33,878 nucleotides of DNA from Candidatus Pacearchaeota archaeon (GTDB taxonomy: Archaea > Nanobdellota > Nanobdellia > Pacearchaeales > GW2011-AR1). The stretch lies in NCBI GenBank assembly GCA_014728565.1, contig WJLK01000005.1:1-33878 (forward strand), given 5' to 3'. Below are positions 7,225-15,140 of the stretch, one piece after another. The notes beneath the pieces are model-generated. The model was given only the letters and a program-made list of their open reading frames with translations, was not told the DNA's origin and did no database searches. Within the stretch, counting starts at the first letter, position 1; each line of letters starts with the position of its first letter. A program made the position numbers and the translations under genes.

Positions 7225-9345
7225 TTAGAATCCCAATACCTTTCTTGTCCAGGATTCTCCATAGGTTCTTTTTATAAATTCTTGTGTAGAAGGATAAAGA
7301 AGATTTTTAATTTTATTTTTTGCTCCTGCTTCTTCAATACCATAAAATCTCTGTTGCTGTTTTATATGAGCATCCATTGATCTTTCCGTACTATAGGCTA
7401 GAAAATTCCTGAATTTTTCTCCATCAGGACTATTCCAGTAATTTTTATCATAATGCTCAACAGCAGCTCCAACTGCAAGAGATGCAGCCATTGATTCTCC
7501 TAATAAAGCGCTCTCTCTTCTGTTAAGCTGATTAGAAACAATTGCACCATTTGTATAAGCAGTTAATTCATCAAAAATATAAAGAGGCTGATATTTCCAA
7601 TCACCATTTGCAGCCATATAAAAACTTTCTCCTGATAAATCATTATGAATGTATTTTTTAATATGATTAAAATTAATATTAGGTTCCTTTAAAATAACAG
7701 CCTTTCCATTCAATAAATAAAATCCATTGTATCCTCCTAAAACAGTATAAGCTCCTTCCTGTCTAACTGGGATTTTTGGAGCTATTTTATCTCTTATATA
7801 ACTATTAATACCATGAGTTGTTCCATGACCTAAATCTCCACTAGGACCGTCTTCATAAGGGTCAAATCTTCCATTGTTATGAGCTTTTAAATCCTCTAAA
7901 GCACTTTTATAAGATCCTTTATTTCCATAATCTGTAAATTCAACCTTGCTTTCATAAGAAATAACATAATTTCTTAGAACATTATTCATTTCAGTAATGG
8001 GTTTTGTAATAAGAGACAATGCTTTATTAGAATTTTGCTTATACATATCAAAAAACTTCTCTCGGTTTTCCTGGGTTAGTTTATAAAAAGAAACTCTATT
8101 GTATATTGCCTCTTCTTCTGTTTTTTTTGCAAAACCACCAATATCAGTTATATAATAATCCAAATCATGCTTCCATGTGTGAGTCTTTCCTGTTTTAGGG
8201 TCTGTGTAACTTGCTGTATATGCATTACCATCCTCATCCCTGCTTCTTATCTGAAAATTAATACTGTCTTTTCCCTGATTAGCAAACCTGCTGTGAATTC
8301 CAGTAGATGCTATCTGCACTGTTCCAGCTTTTAGATAACCCTCAACATACTCTGCAAACTGCTGACCTGTGTAAACAGTAAAAGGACCATCAGCACTAAC
8401 AAGATTAATTCTACCAGCTCTTTTCTCAATAGTGACAAAACTACTCTGTTCCATTTTATCACTACCAGCCTGAACCAGAAGAAAATCATTATCACTAATT
8501 TCAACACCTCTGGAATGTCCTGGAAGAAACCATAGGGAAGCTGACTCACCACCTTCAGGAGCACCAAAAGCTATCTTATCCTCATCATAAAAAACAATAA
8601 AAGCTTTTCCAAGTTCTTTAGCCTCACTTTTGCTTTTGTCAAACAAAAGATAGGTATCATAGTCATAAAACTCCTCTCCATCAGCTTTAGCAAGAGTTCC
8701 AATCTCTATTCTGTCAACAACTCCTTTTTTAACATAGAACTCACCTAACTTATTATCAAAATACAACCTGCTTTGAATATCATCAAGCTTCACACTCTCA
8801 AAAACATATTTTTCATCATCAATATTTATTGTTATTTCTTCTCCAACAAAAACAACTTCATCAAGGACATTTTCCTTATCTTCATCAAGTTGTTCAGGCC
8901 TTGAAATTTCTGCATCTTCAGGAATCTCTATTACTAGCTTGTTATCTTTTAGGATGATATGACTTCCTTCTGGAAGTTTGTACTTGTAATTTCCTAGTTT
9001 GTATTCTGTCTCTTCCTCTTCATCTCCTACAACAAAATCAGCTTCAATTAGATTTCCATCTTTAAATTTAAATTTAGAATCTTCTTTTAAATTATCAAAA
9101 ATCCTGTATTCATCCTGATTTTTCTCTCTGTATTTTAATGAACCTCCTTCATCAATAACCAAAGATTCTTCATCTGATTCTTTTACATTATCAGCAATAA
9201 GATACTCTCCACCATATTCTGAAAATCCATAAAGATGACTGTAATCATTTCCCTCAATTTCTTCTATCTCCTCTAAATCCTGAGCATAAACAAAACTAGA
9301 ATTAATTAGAATTACAATTAAAAAAAATAAACCTGCTTTTTTCAT
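7225..9345 (-). CDS. Secreted hypothetical protein, 706 aa, cysteine-free, acidic N-terminal half
   Basis: Sec-type signal MKKAGLFFLIVILINSSFVYAQD. I find no Cys in 706 aa. The C-terminal ~230 aa (GDLGHGTTHGINSY ... FDELTAYTNGA ...) looks globular, but I do not recognise it. Confidence 0.6.
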   Translation of the reverse strand: MKKAGLFFLIVILINSSFVYAQDLEEIEEIEGNDYSHLYGFSEYGGEYLIADNVKESDEESLVIDEGGSLKYREKNQDEYRIFDNLKEDSKFKFKDGNLIEADFVVGDEEEETEYKLGNYKYKLPEGSHIILKDNKLVIEIPEDAEISRPEQLDEDKENVLDEVVFVGEEITINIDDEKYVFESVKLDDIQSRLYFDNKLGEFYVKKGVVDRIEIGTLAKADGEEFYDYDTYLLFDKSKSEAKELGKAFIVFYDEDKIAFGAPEGGESASLWFLPGHSRGVEISDNDFLLVQAGSDKMEQSSFVTIEKRAGRINLVSADGPFTVYTGQQFAEYVEGYLKAGTVQIASTGIHSRFANQGKDSINFQIRSRDEDGNAYTASYTDPKTGKTHTWKHDLDYYITDIGGFAKKTEEEAIYNRVSFYKLTQENREKFFDMYKQNSNKALSLITKPITEMNNVLRNYVISYESKVEFTDYGNKGSYKSALEDLKAHNNGRFDPYEDGPSGDLGHGTTHGINSYIRDKIAPKIPVRQEGAYTVLGGYNGFYLLNGKAVILKEPNINFNHIKKYIHNDLSGESFYMAANGDWKYQPLYIFDELTAYTNGAIVSNQLNRRESALLGESMAASLAVGAAVEHYDKNYWNSPDGEKFRNFLAYSTERSMDAHIKQQQRFYGIEEAGAKNKIKNLLYPSTQEFIKRTYGESWTRKVLGF

Positions 9346-10082
9346 AGTGTTTTGGGTTTATATTTATTTGCAAAATTAAAACTAAACTCTTCACTAACTG
9401 ACTTTGGATTTTCATCTATAAAGACAAATATTGCTGTTTCATAATCAGGATAAAGGACATTTACTTTGAAATTATTATCTTCTGCAATTCCATAAAGACA
9501 GGTAATACAGATTCCCTCATGAGTCATCTGCTCTCCGATAAAAACTTCAACTGCATTATAAACAACACCTAATCTTAAGGGAACATCTGTCTGAAATCCT
9601 TTAAAAAAATAAGATTTTTTATCTTTAGTAACACTTATTGGATATTCTACATCAAAAGCAACAGTTTCATCGTAAATAGAAACCTCACTTTTTACCTCCC
9701 CGGGATTTATTTCAAAACCAGAAAAACTTTCAAAATTCATGCACTCTTTTAGTTTATCATTAAAATATCTAGATATCTCTGATCCAATTTTTTCTTTACT
9801 AGGCATATAGTTTTCTTTGTTATAAAAATAATAAGGAAAGTTATCCTGAACAGAAGGTTCAGGAATTTTATAATATCCTCCTCTGTTACTGGTGTATAAC
9901 ACAGCCTCTTTTGCTTTTTCTTCAACACAACTTTCTACAAAAGAATGAACAGGTTCTACTTCAGGATTTATTCTTTCAATATTCAAGTCATTTAATTCAA
10001 GAAAAACAAAACCTCCAACAACTGCAACTACTAAGATTCCTATTATAACAAATACAGTTATCTGACCTCTTTTTTCTTTCAT
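9342..10082 (-). CDS. Prepilin-like protein, family P2 (paralog of 4886-5641), 246 aa
   Basis: Canonical class III motif KRGQITVFVIIGILVVAVVGG. 4-nt overlap with the downstream 706-aa gene. Confidence 0.65.
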   Translation of the reverse strand: MKEKRGQITVFVIIGILVVAVVGGFVFLELNDLNIERINPEVEPVHSFVESCVEEKAKEAVLYTSNRGGYYKIPEPSVQDNFPYYFYNKENYMPSKEKIGSEISRYFNDKLKECMNFESFSGFEINPGEVKSEVSIYDETVAFDVEYPISVTKDKKSYFFKGFQTDVPLRLGVVYNAVEVFIGEQMTHEGICITCLYGIAEDNNFKVNVLYPDYETAIFVFIDENPKSVSEEFSFNFANKYKPKTL

Positions 10083-10210
10083 TATATTTTTAAGTTTGAT
10101 ATACCTGATTTAAATTGAGAAAAATCCTCTCCCTTATGTTTAATCTTCCAATCTATGAATCTGCTTTTACTTTCTGCTCCTCTTCTCCTTAGTTTAATAT
10201 TTTTTAACAT
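10082..10210 (-). CDS. Possible small basic ORF (42 aa), translationally coupled to the downstream prepilin-like gene
   Basis: ATG at 10210 opens MLKNIKLRRRGAESKSRFIDWKIKHKGEDFSQFKSGISNLKI*, with TAA at 10082-10084 sharing one base with the next ATG (TAATG). It is below the ORF-track cutoff. An open 43-codon frame is only moderately unlikely in AT-rich DNA. Confidence 0.25.
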   Translation of the reverse strand: MLKNIKLRRRGAESKSRFIDWKIKHKGEDFSQFKSGISNLKI

Positions 10211-10255
10211 TCTTAGTTAATACCTCTAAAATACAGAGAGTTCATTTTCTAGTTT

Positions 10256-12478
10256 TTAAATCTCAACTCCCCAATCCCATCCATCTTCCCGGTCATCAGT
10301 TGAAATTTCAACAGGTCTTATAATCATTGAACATGAATTAGGATTAGGTTGATTCTCATATTTATCTTTACATCTTATGTAATAATTTTTATTTACCTCC
10401 CAATTGGTTGTATGAATTTCTTCATCCAGTGTGTACATGCTAATACCATCATCAATTTCAAAATTACAGTCAGTATTACTATAACTACAATCTCCTTTTT
10501 CATTGAGTATTAGTTTTAATTCTCCTGCTTCTTTGTAGATCCTTGTTATAATAGGAGGCTGCCTGTCAATTCTTACTGAAAAACTAGTTGAATTATAATC
10601 TGCATTTCCACCTAAGTCAACACACTTGAAAAAATAAGTATAATTCCCTCTTGGCAAATCCTGCCTCTGCTTGTGTTTATTTGAGTTTGTCTCTAGGAAA
10701 AGCACATAATCTTCTTCTCTTGAAGGAGGACTGTTATACCTGTCATTATAATAATAACACCTTGCTTCTCCATTTTTATATCCATTATCAGTTATTATTT
10801 CTAGGAAAACAGCAACAACTCTTGTTGAATCAGCCATCTCTCCAGAAGGTTTTGTATCTATTATATTCAGTGGCTGAGTTCCAATAACAACATACTCATA
10901 ACTCTGGACATTGGTGTTTCTGTCACCCTCTTTAGCCCATGGCTGGTCTTTGCATTTAATATAATAACTATTCTCCTGTCTGTCTTTAATTCCTGTCAAA
11001 GTTGTCTTGCATGTATAAACATTCCTGTTGTTCATCTCCCAAACCTCTGTATCACACTGCATCTCACCTTCCATCAAGTCATAGGATTTATCCTCTCTGC
11101 TCCACTTACAATTAGAAGGCTCATTTACATAAACCTCCAAATCTAACTCACTCTGGTTATATTGAACAGGACTATCACTTGGAATATTGAAGTCAACTAT
11201 TACAGGAGGAGTTGTATCAGGACCTTTTTCAACACAGAAACTAACTGAATACGCATCCTGGTTATAATTTCCATTTCCATCTATACATCTTATGAATAAA
11301 GTATACTCTCCATCATTCTTTAATTCAGGATTAGATGCATTCATTGCAGAAGCTCCTGGAAGCGATAGTTTTTCTGTGTGGTTGTAGATAAAAAATGTAT
11401 TTCCACCAACATAGTATTCCATACTCTCATAATCTGTTTTTAATTTATAATCTATCTTACATTGTGCTGGTTCATTTGTTGTAAATGTAAATTCCAGTGG
11501 AAAAAAAGCCTTTATGCACTCCATGTTTTTTGGTTTAATGTAAACTCCTGTCGAAGGAGGTCTTGTGCTGGTATAAGGTTTGAATATATGGTCCTCACTA
11601 ACCTCTCTAAAAGTAATGATAGGGGATTTGACATCATGAGGATTAATCCATGCACATTTCTGATTTTCAGTTCCTTCATTAATTATCTCACAAGCCTGTC
11701 CCAGGCTTTTACAACTATACTCAGAACATTCTTCAAGGCTATTACATAATTCACAGTCCTCTCCTCCAATTGTAGCCTGCCACGGCAGACAGTAAAATTC
11801 AGTTATTTCAATTGATTTTTTTCTATAGGTTAGAATAAAAATAAGAGCTGCAATTCCAATACCTACTAGAGATGCCATAGGTTCTCCAACAACAGGTTCT
11901 AGTAATCCAGAAACTATTCCTCCGACTGCTCCTGCAACAGCCCCCCATTTAGCTCCTTCCTCTCCTCCAAGTGCTCCTCCAAGTGAACCAAAGATTCCCA
12001 TACTGACACTTACTTTAGTTAACATAGAAGCCATATTTAGTTTGCTGATGTCCCCCCAGACATCACCTCCACCTCCACCTCCAGGAGGAGGGGGAGTAAC
12101 ACCATCATCTCCACCGCCTGTATCACCACCTGTATCACCACCTGTATCACCACCTGTGTCACCTCCGCTACTGTCATCACCACCTACTATAATAGTATCA
12201 TCTCCTGTGCTGGTTCCTCCAGGACCGCTTGTTGGTATAACTCCTGTTCCAGGAGGAATTATAGGTCCTCCTATTTTTGTGATTCCTCCAGCAGTTGTGG
12301 TTGTTGAAGTAGTTCCTGTTACAGCTGGAGGAGTTGTAGTTATTCCTTTAGTTTCAGTAGAAGTTCCTGTTCCTCCTGGATTAACACTATCACTTATTGG
12401 AGCACTCACCAAAAAACTAAATGCTGCAACTGAGATTAAAAGATTTATAATTAATGCAAATGCTTTTATTTTATTCAT
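10256..12478 (-). CDS. Large surface protein, module D: signal peptide, Thr/Gly/Pro linker, hydrophobic helix pair, Cys-knot, four Ig-like repeats
   Basis: I place the start at ATG 12478 (MNKIKAFALIINLLISVAAFSFLVSA). The track start at 12547 would overlap the upstream gene. The protein is homologous to the C-terminal half of the 1173-aa ORF. Confidence 0.7.
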   Translation of the reverse strand: MNKIKAFALIINLLISVAAFSFLVSAPISDSVNPGGTGTSTETKGITTTPPAVTGTTSTTTTAGGITKIGGPIIPPGTGVIPTSGPGGTSTGDDTIIVGGDDSSGGDTGGDTGGDTGGDTGGGDDGVTPPPPGGGGGGDVWGDISKLNMASMLTKVSVSMGIFGSLGGALGGEEGAKWGAVAGAVGGIVSGLLEPVVGEPMASLVGIGIAALIFILTYRKKSIEITEFYCLPWQATIGGEDCELCNSLEECSEYSCKSLGQACEIINEGTENQKCAWINPHDVKSPIITFREVSEDHIFKPYTSTRPPSTGVYIKPKNMECIKAFFPLEFTFTTNEPAQCKIDYKLKTDYESMEYYVGGNTFFIYNHTEKLSLPGASAMNASNPELKNDGEYTLFIRCIDGNGNYNQDAYSVSFCVEKGPDTTPPVIVDFNIPSDSPVQYNQSELDLEVYVNEPSNCKWSREDKSYDLMEGEMQCDTEVWEMNNRNVYTCKTTLTGIKDRQENSYYIKCKDQPWAKEGDRNTNVQSYEYVVIGTQPLNIIDTKPSGEMADSTRVVAVFLEIITDNGYKNGEARCYYYNDRYNSPPSREEDYVLFLETNSNKHKQRQDLPRGNYTYFFKCVDLGGNADYNSTSFSVRIDRQPPIITRIYKEAGELKLILNEKGDCSYSNTDCNFEIDDGISMYTLDEEIHTTNWEVNKNYYIRCKDKYENQPNPNSCSMIIRPVEISTDDREDGWDWGVEI
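12121..12168. repeat. 12-bp tandem repeat tatcaccacctg x3 plus one degenerate copy, encoding (GGDT)n on the minus strand
   Basis: Perfect units at 12121-12132, 12133-12144 and 12145-12156; a degenerate unit at 12157-12168. Confidence 0.9.
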
Positions 12479-12506
12479 ATTTTGTTTTTGATTTATTCTC
12501 ATTCTA

Positions 12507-14252
12507 TTATTCAAATTCCTCCCACTCAACATCTTCCTCTTCCTCATCTTCTTCAGAAGGTTCCTCTCCTAATCTTTTTTTGCCATTATCTTTTACATAT
12601 ACTCCCTTGTCAGTATATCTTCCTATAAAATTGACATGATTACCACAGTCTCCAAGACTAATGCACAGCTTGTTCATATTATTCACCCAATTTTGTTCTA
12701 ACACTTCACAATTTTCAACACAGCTCTTTGAACCAAAAATATCCTCTTCAAAAATAACCACCTGTTTTGAATTTCCTAAACTGCATATTGATTTTGCTTT
12801 TCCCTCACTGTTCCAGAATTCAAATCCAGGAGGAACATTTGGCAAACATATTCCACCTCCTGCTAGAATACCCTCTGAATTTTCTTTTACATATCTAGCG
12901 TAATCTTCTTCTTTATTAAAAACATCATCAAAAAACTCATCATCACCTTCATCACTACTTTCTCCAATTTTTCCCTCTCCAGCAGCTTCATAATGAGCTC
13001 CTGTCATCCAGTAGCAATCTCTTAAATCTTTATTTTCACAATCATACCTCTCTATCTGGTCAATACAATCTGACCATCTGTTGACTCTGCATGCAGCTTC
13101 CTGGAAATTTCCATAAGCACTTCCAAATTCTTCTGAGATACAAACTTCATTTCTAAAATCAGCACAAGGCTCTATTGTTTCCTCACCATGTACACAGACA
13201 TGCCTGAAATGTCTGCTTCCCACAGGATCTGCTCCATTTCCAGTTTCTCCCTGATAAACACACCAGGATTCTCCGTTTCTGTAGTCATTGCCATTTTCAG
13301 TATTATGGCAATTAATATCATGACATATATGGTCACCATAAGCAGCCTCTCCTTCCTTGCAGATACTTCCTAATAGATATTCACAATTTCCACATGTTTT
13401 TGAGTTTGTATTAGGTTTCCCATATCCACAACTTTCCTGTTTCTGAACTATTTTTTGCCAGTAAGAGGGATCTTTACTGTAGATTTTATTTGCATCATAT
13501 ATATTAGCAGGATTTCCACAACTATCCTTAAAATAAACTTCAAATTTTCCTTCAACACAAATTGTCTCTTTAGTAGGTCCACAATTTGTAGCTAGATCAT
13601 CTGCTGAGCATAAATAATTCTTGAAAAATTCTGTTTCTGAGGTTTGATTTTCACTTTTTTCTTTTGTGGACTCTAGACATTCTCCTCTTGTCATAATTTT
13701 ACAGGTTCTTTCACCGTCAACCTCATAAACACAAGCTCCTCTATCCTGTCTATAAGCCAGCATAATACAGCTTTTTTCATTAAGAATATCATTTCTGAAG
13801 TTAGTTTCTAGACCGTAGATATTAGAGAGTCTTTTGCATCTTGTTAATGTAACAAAACTAGCCTGGTCTCCAATAAGACAGCATCCTAGATTACATTGAG
13901 GAACAATGCATTGAGAATCATCAACCCAGGTTCCCTTGTTTTCTTCACATACTCTTAAAGGAGTGTTCTCCATACATAAACCTTCTTCAGTATCAATGCA
14001 ACAACCTAATTTGCAGAAACTTGTTGCTTCACAACTAGTAGGTGTTTTTCTGTAAGGTTTTCCTGTTTCAGGATCAACTGAATTAAGACAGTTCTCTTCG
14101 AGAGTATTCTGGCACCAGGCACCATTTTCTGTTTTTTCACAACATACATTATACTCAGGAGTTTCGTCCTGAGCAAAAATAAAGGTAATTAAAAATAAAC
14201 TTGCTACTAGGAATAATAAAATCTTACTTGCCTTTATCTTATTTTTATTCAT
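12507..14252 (-). CDS. Secreted cysteine-rich protein, module C, 581 aa
   Basis: Signal peptide MNKNKIKASKILLFLVASLFLITFIFAQD. I count about 43 Cys. It is homologous to the N-terminal half of the 1173-aa ORF (RNGESWC, DPVGSRH, IEPCADFRNEVC, SLGDCG). The C-terminus is an acidic tail, EEPSEEDEEEEDVEWEEFE. Confidence 0.75.
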   Translation of the reverse strand: MNKNKIKASKILLFLVASLFLITFIFAQDETPEYNVCCEKTENGAWCQNTLEENCLNSVDPETGKPYRKTPTSCEATSFCKLGCCIDTEEGLCMENTPLRVCEENKGTWVDDSQCIVPQCNLGCCLIGDQASFVTLTRCKRLSNIYGLETNFRNDILNEKSCIMLAYRQDRGACVYEVDGERTCKIMTRGECLESTKEKSENQTSETEFFKNYLCSADDLATNCGPTKETICVEGKFEVYFKDSCGNPANIYDANKIYSKDPSYWQKIVQKQESCGYGKPNTNSKTCGNCEYLLGSICKEGEAAYGDHICHDINCHNTENGNDYRNGESWCVYQGETGNGADPVGSRHFRHVCVHGEETIEPCADFRNEVCISEEFGSAYGNFQEAACRVNRWSDCIDQIERYDCENKDLRDCYWMTGAHYEAAGEGKIGESSDEGDDEFFDDVFNKEEDYARYVKENSEGILAGGGICLPNVPPGFEFWNSEGKAKSICSLGNSKQVVIFEEDIFGSKSCVENCEVLEQNWVNNMNKLCISLGDCGNHVNFIGRYTDKGVYVKDNGKKRLGEEPSEEDEEEEDVEWEEFE

Positions 14253-14268
14253 TTTGAGTTTTGGTTTT
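14239..14268. repeat. Copy A of a perfect 30-bp direct repeat ttatttttattcattttgagttttggtttt
   Basis: Identical to 14291-14320. Covers the start codon and first codons (MNKNK) of the 581-aa gene. Confidence 0.9.
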
Positions 14269-14271
14269 GAT

Positions 14272-14293
14272 TAAACTTGTTTTAAAAAGTTTA
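14272..14293 (-). promoter_or_regulatory. Palindromic leader motif, copy 3 (taaacttgttttaaaaagttta)
   Basis: 7-bp arms TAAACTT/AAGTTTA with an 8-nt spacer, between the 270-aa gene stop and the 581-aa gene start. About 39/43 identical to 19391-19433. Confidence 0.4.
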
Positions 14294-14320
14294 TTTTTAT
14301 TCATTTTGAGTTTTGGTTTT
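14291..14320. repeat. Copy B of the perfect 30-bp direct repeat
   Basis: Covers the last codons and the stop (VKNQNSK*) of the 270-aa gene. Confidence 0.9.
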
Positions 14321-15113
14321 TTACAGGATTTCTTATCTCTACTAATCCTGGAGGAAATGCAACACTTCTTGTTGAAAACATGAATTTCTCATCTGTCTTT
14401 CTATCAGTTAATATATAAACTTTTGTTCCGTCACTTTTTGTTTTTTTCTCAACCTTTAGATTTGGGAAATTCATCATGTAATCCATGGTTTCACTATCTC
14501 CGTATCTAGCCTCCCAATTTAGTATAGAGCTTGTTATCATTGTGAACTCGTATAATTTTGAATCAACAGCTGTTCTAATTGATTTATAAGTCTCTCTGTT
14601 ATTTTTTTCTATGCTTAAATCAAGTTCTAGACTTATTAAAACAGTTTCAGGTATTATTTCTATATCTAATTCAGGTTCTTTCATTGAAACTGTATAACCA
14701 TCTTTTTCAAGAGCATCTTTCATAGAGTAGATGCAGTTTTTAATAATTGGATTCATATAGTTCTCTAACTCTCTTTCAACACTCTGCTTTAACAGTGGTT
14801 TTTGCATTACACATCTTTTGTAATTTTCCTCGGTGTAACATAGATATTCAACTCTGTTTCCCTGATACATATAGTAAAGTTCAGGGTCTATACTACCTCC
14901 CTGAACTTCAAGTATATTAATCCCCTCTTCTGAAGATTTTAAAAGGCAGTTTTCAATTTCATTCAAAGGAGGTTTTCCAACAAAAATATTTGTTATATTC
15001 TCTCTCTGAAGATAAATTAATAAAATTATCACAACTAAAATCAGTATACTTATAATTACAAATACAGTGACTTGAGATTTTTTACTCATGTTTTCCTTCT
15101 TTTTTATACTCAT
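14301..15113 (-). CDS. Prepilin-like protein, family P1 (paralog of 18640-19500), 270 aa
   Basis: The N-terminus is MSKKSQVTVFVIISILILVV; the internal ATG at 15089 would give a canonical short signal. It shares GG, LCY....YK.C...PLL, E.ENY..P and the terminal PPGL with the 286-aa protein. Confidence 0.65.
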   Translation of the reverse strand: MSIKKKENMSKKSQVTVFVIISILILVVIILLIYLQRENITNIFVGKPPLNEIENCLLKSSEEGINILEVQGGSIDPELYYMYQGNRVEYLCYTEENYKRCVMQKPLLKQSVERELENYMNPIIKNCIYSMKDALEKDGYTVSMKEPELDIEIIPETVLISLELDLSIEKNNRETYKSIRTAVDSKLYEFTMITSSILNWEARYGDSETMDYMMNFPNLKVEKKTKSDGTKVYILTDRKTDEKFMFSTRSVAFPPGLVEIRNPVKNQNSK

Positions 15114-15140
15114 CTTTTAAGCTAATTTTGTTTATAAATT

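Noticed and set aside
12042-12491. 149-aa plus-strand ORF with PPVSPPVSPPVS repeats
   Set aside because: It is the antisense reading of the GGDT / Thr-Gly-Pro linker of the minus-strand gene. The GC-rich repeat keeps the opposite frame open. The minus-strand gene has paralog support.
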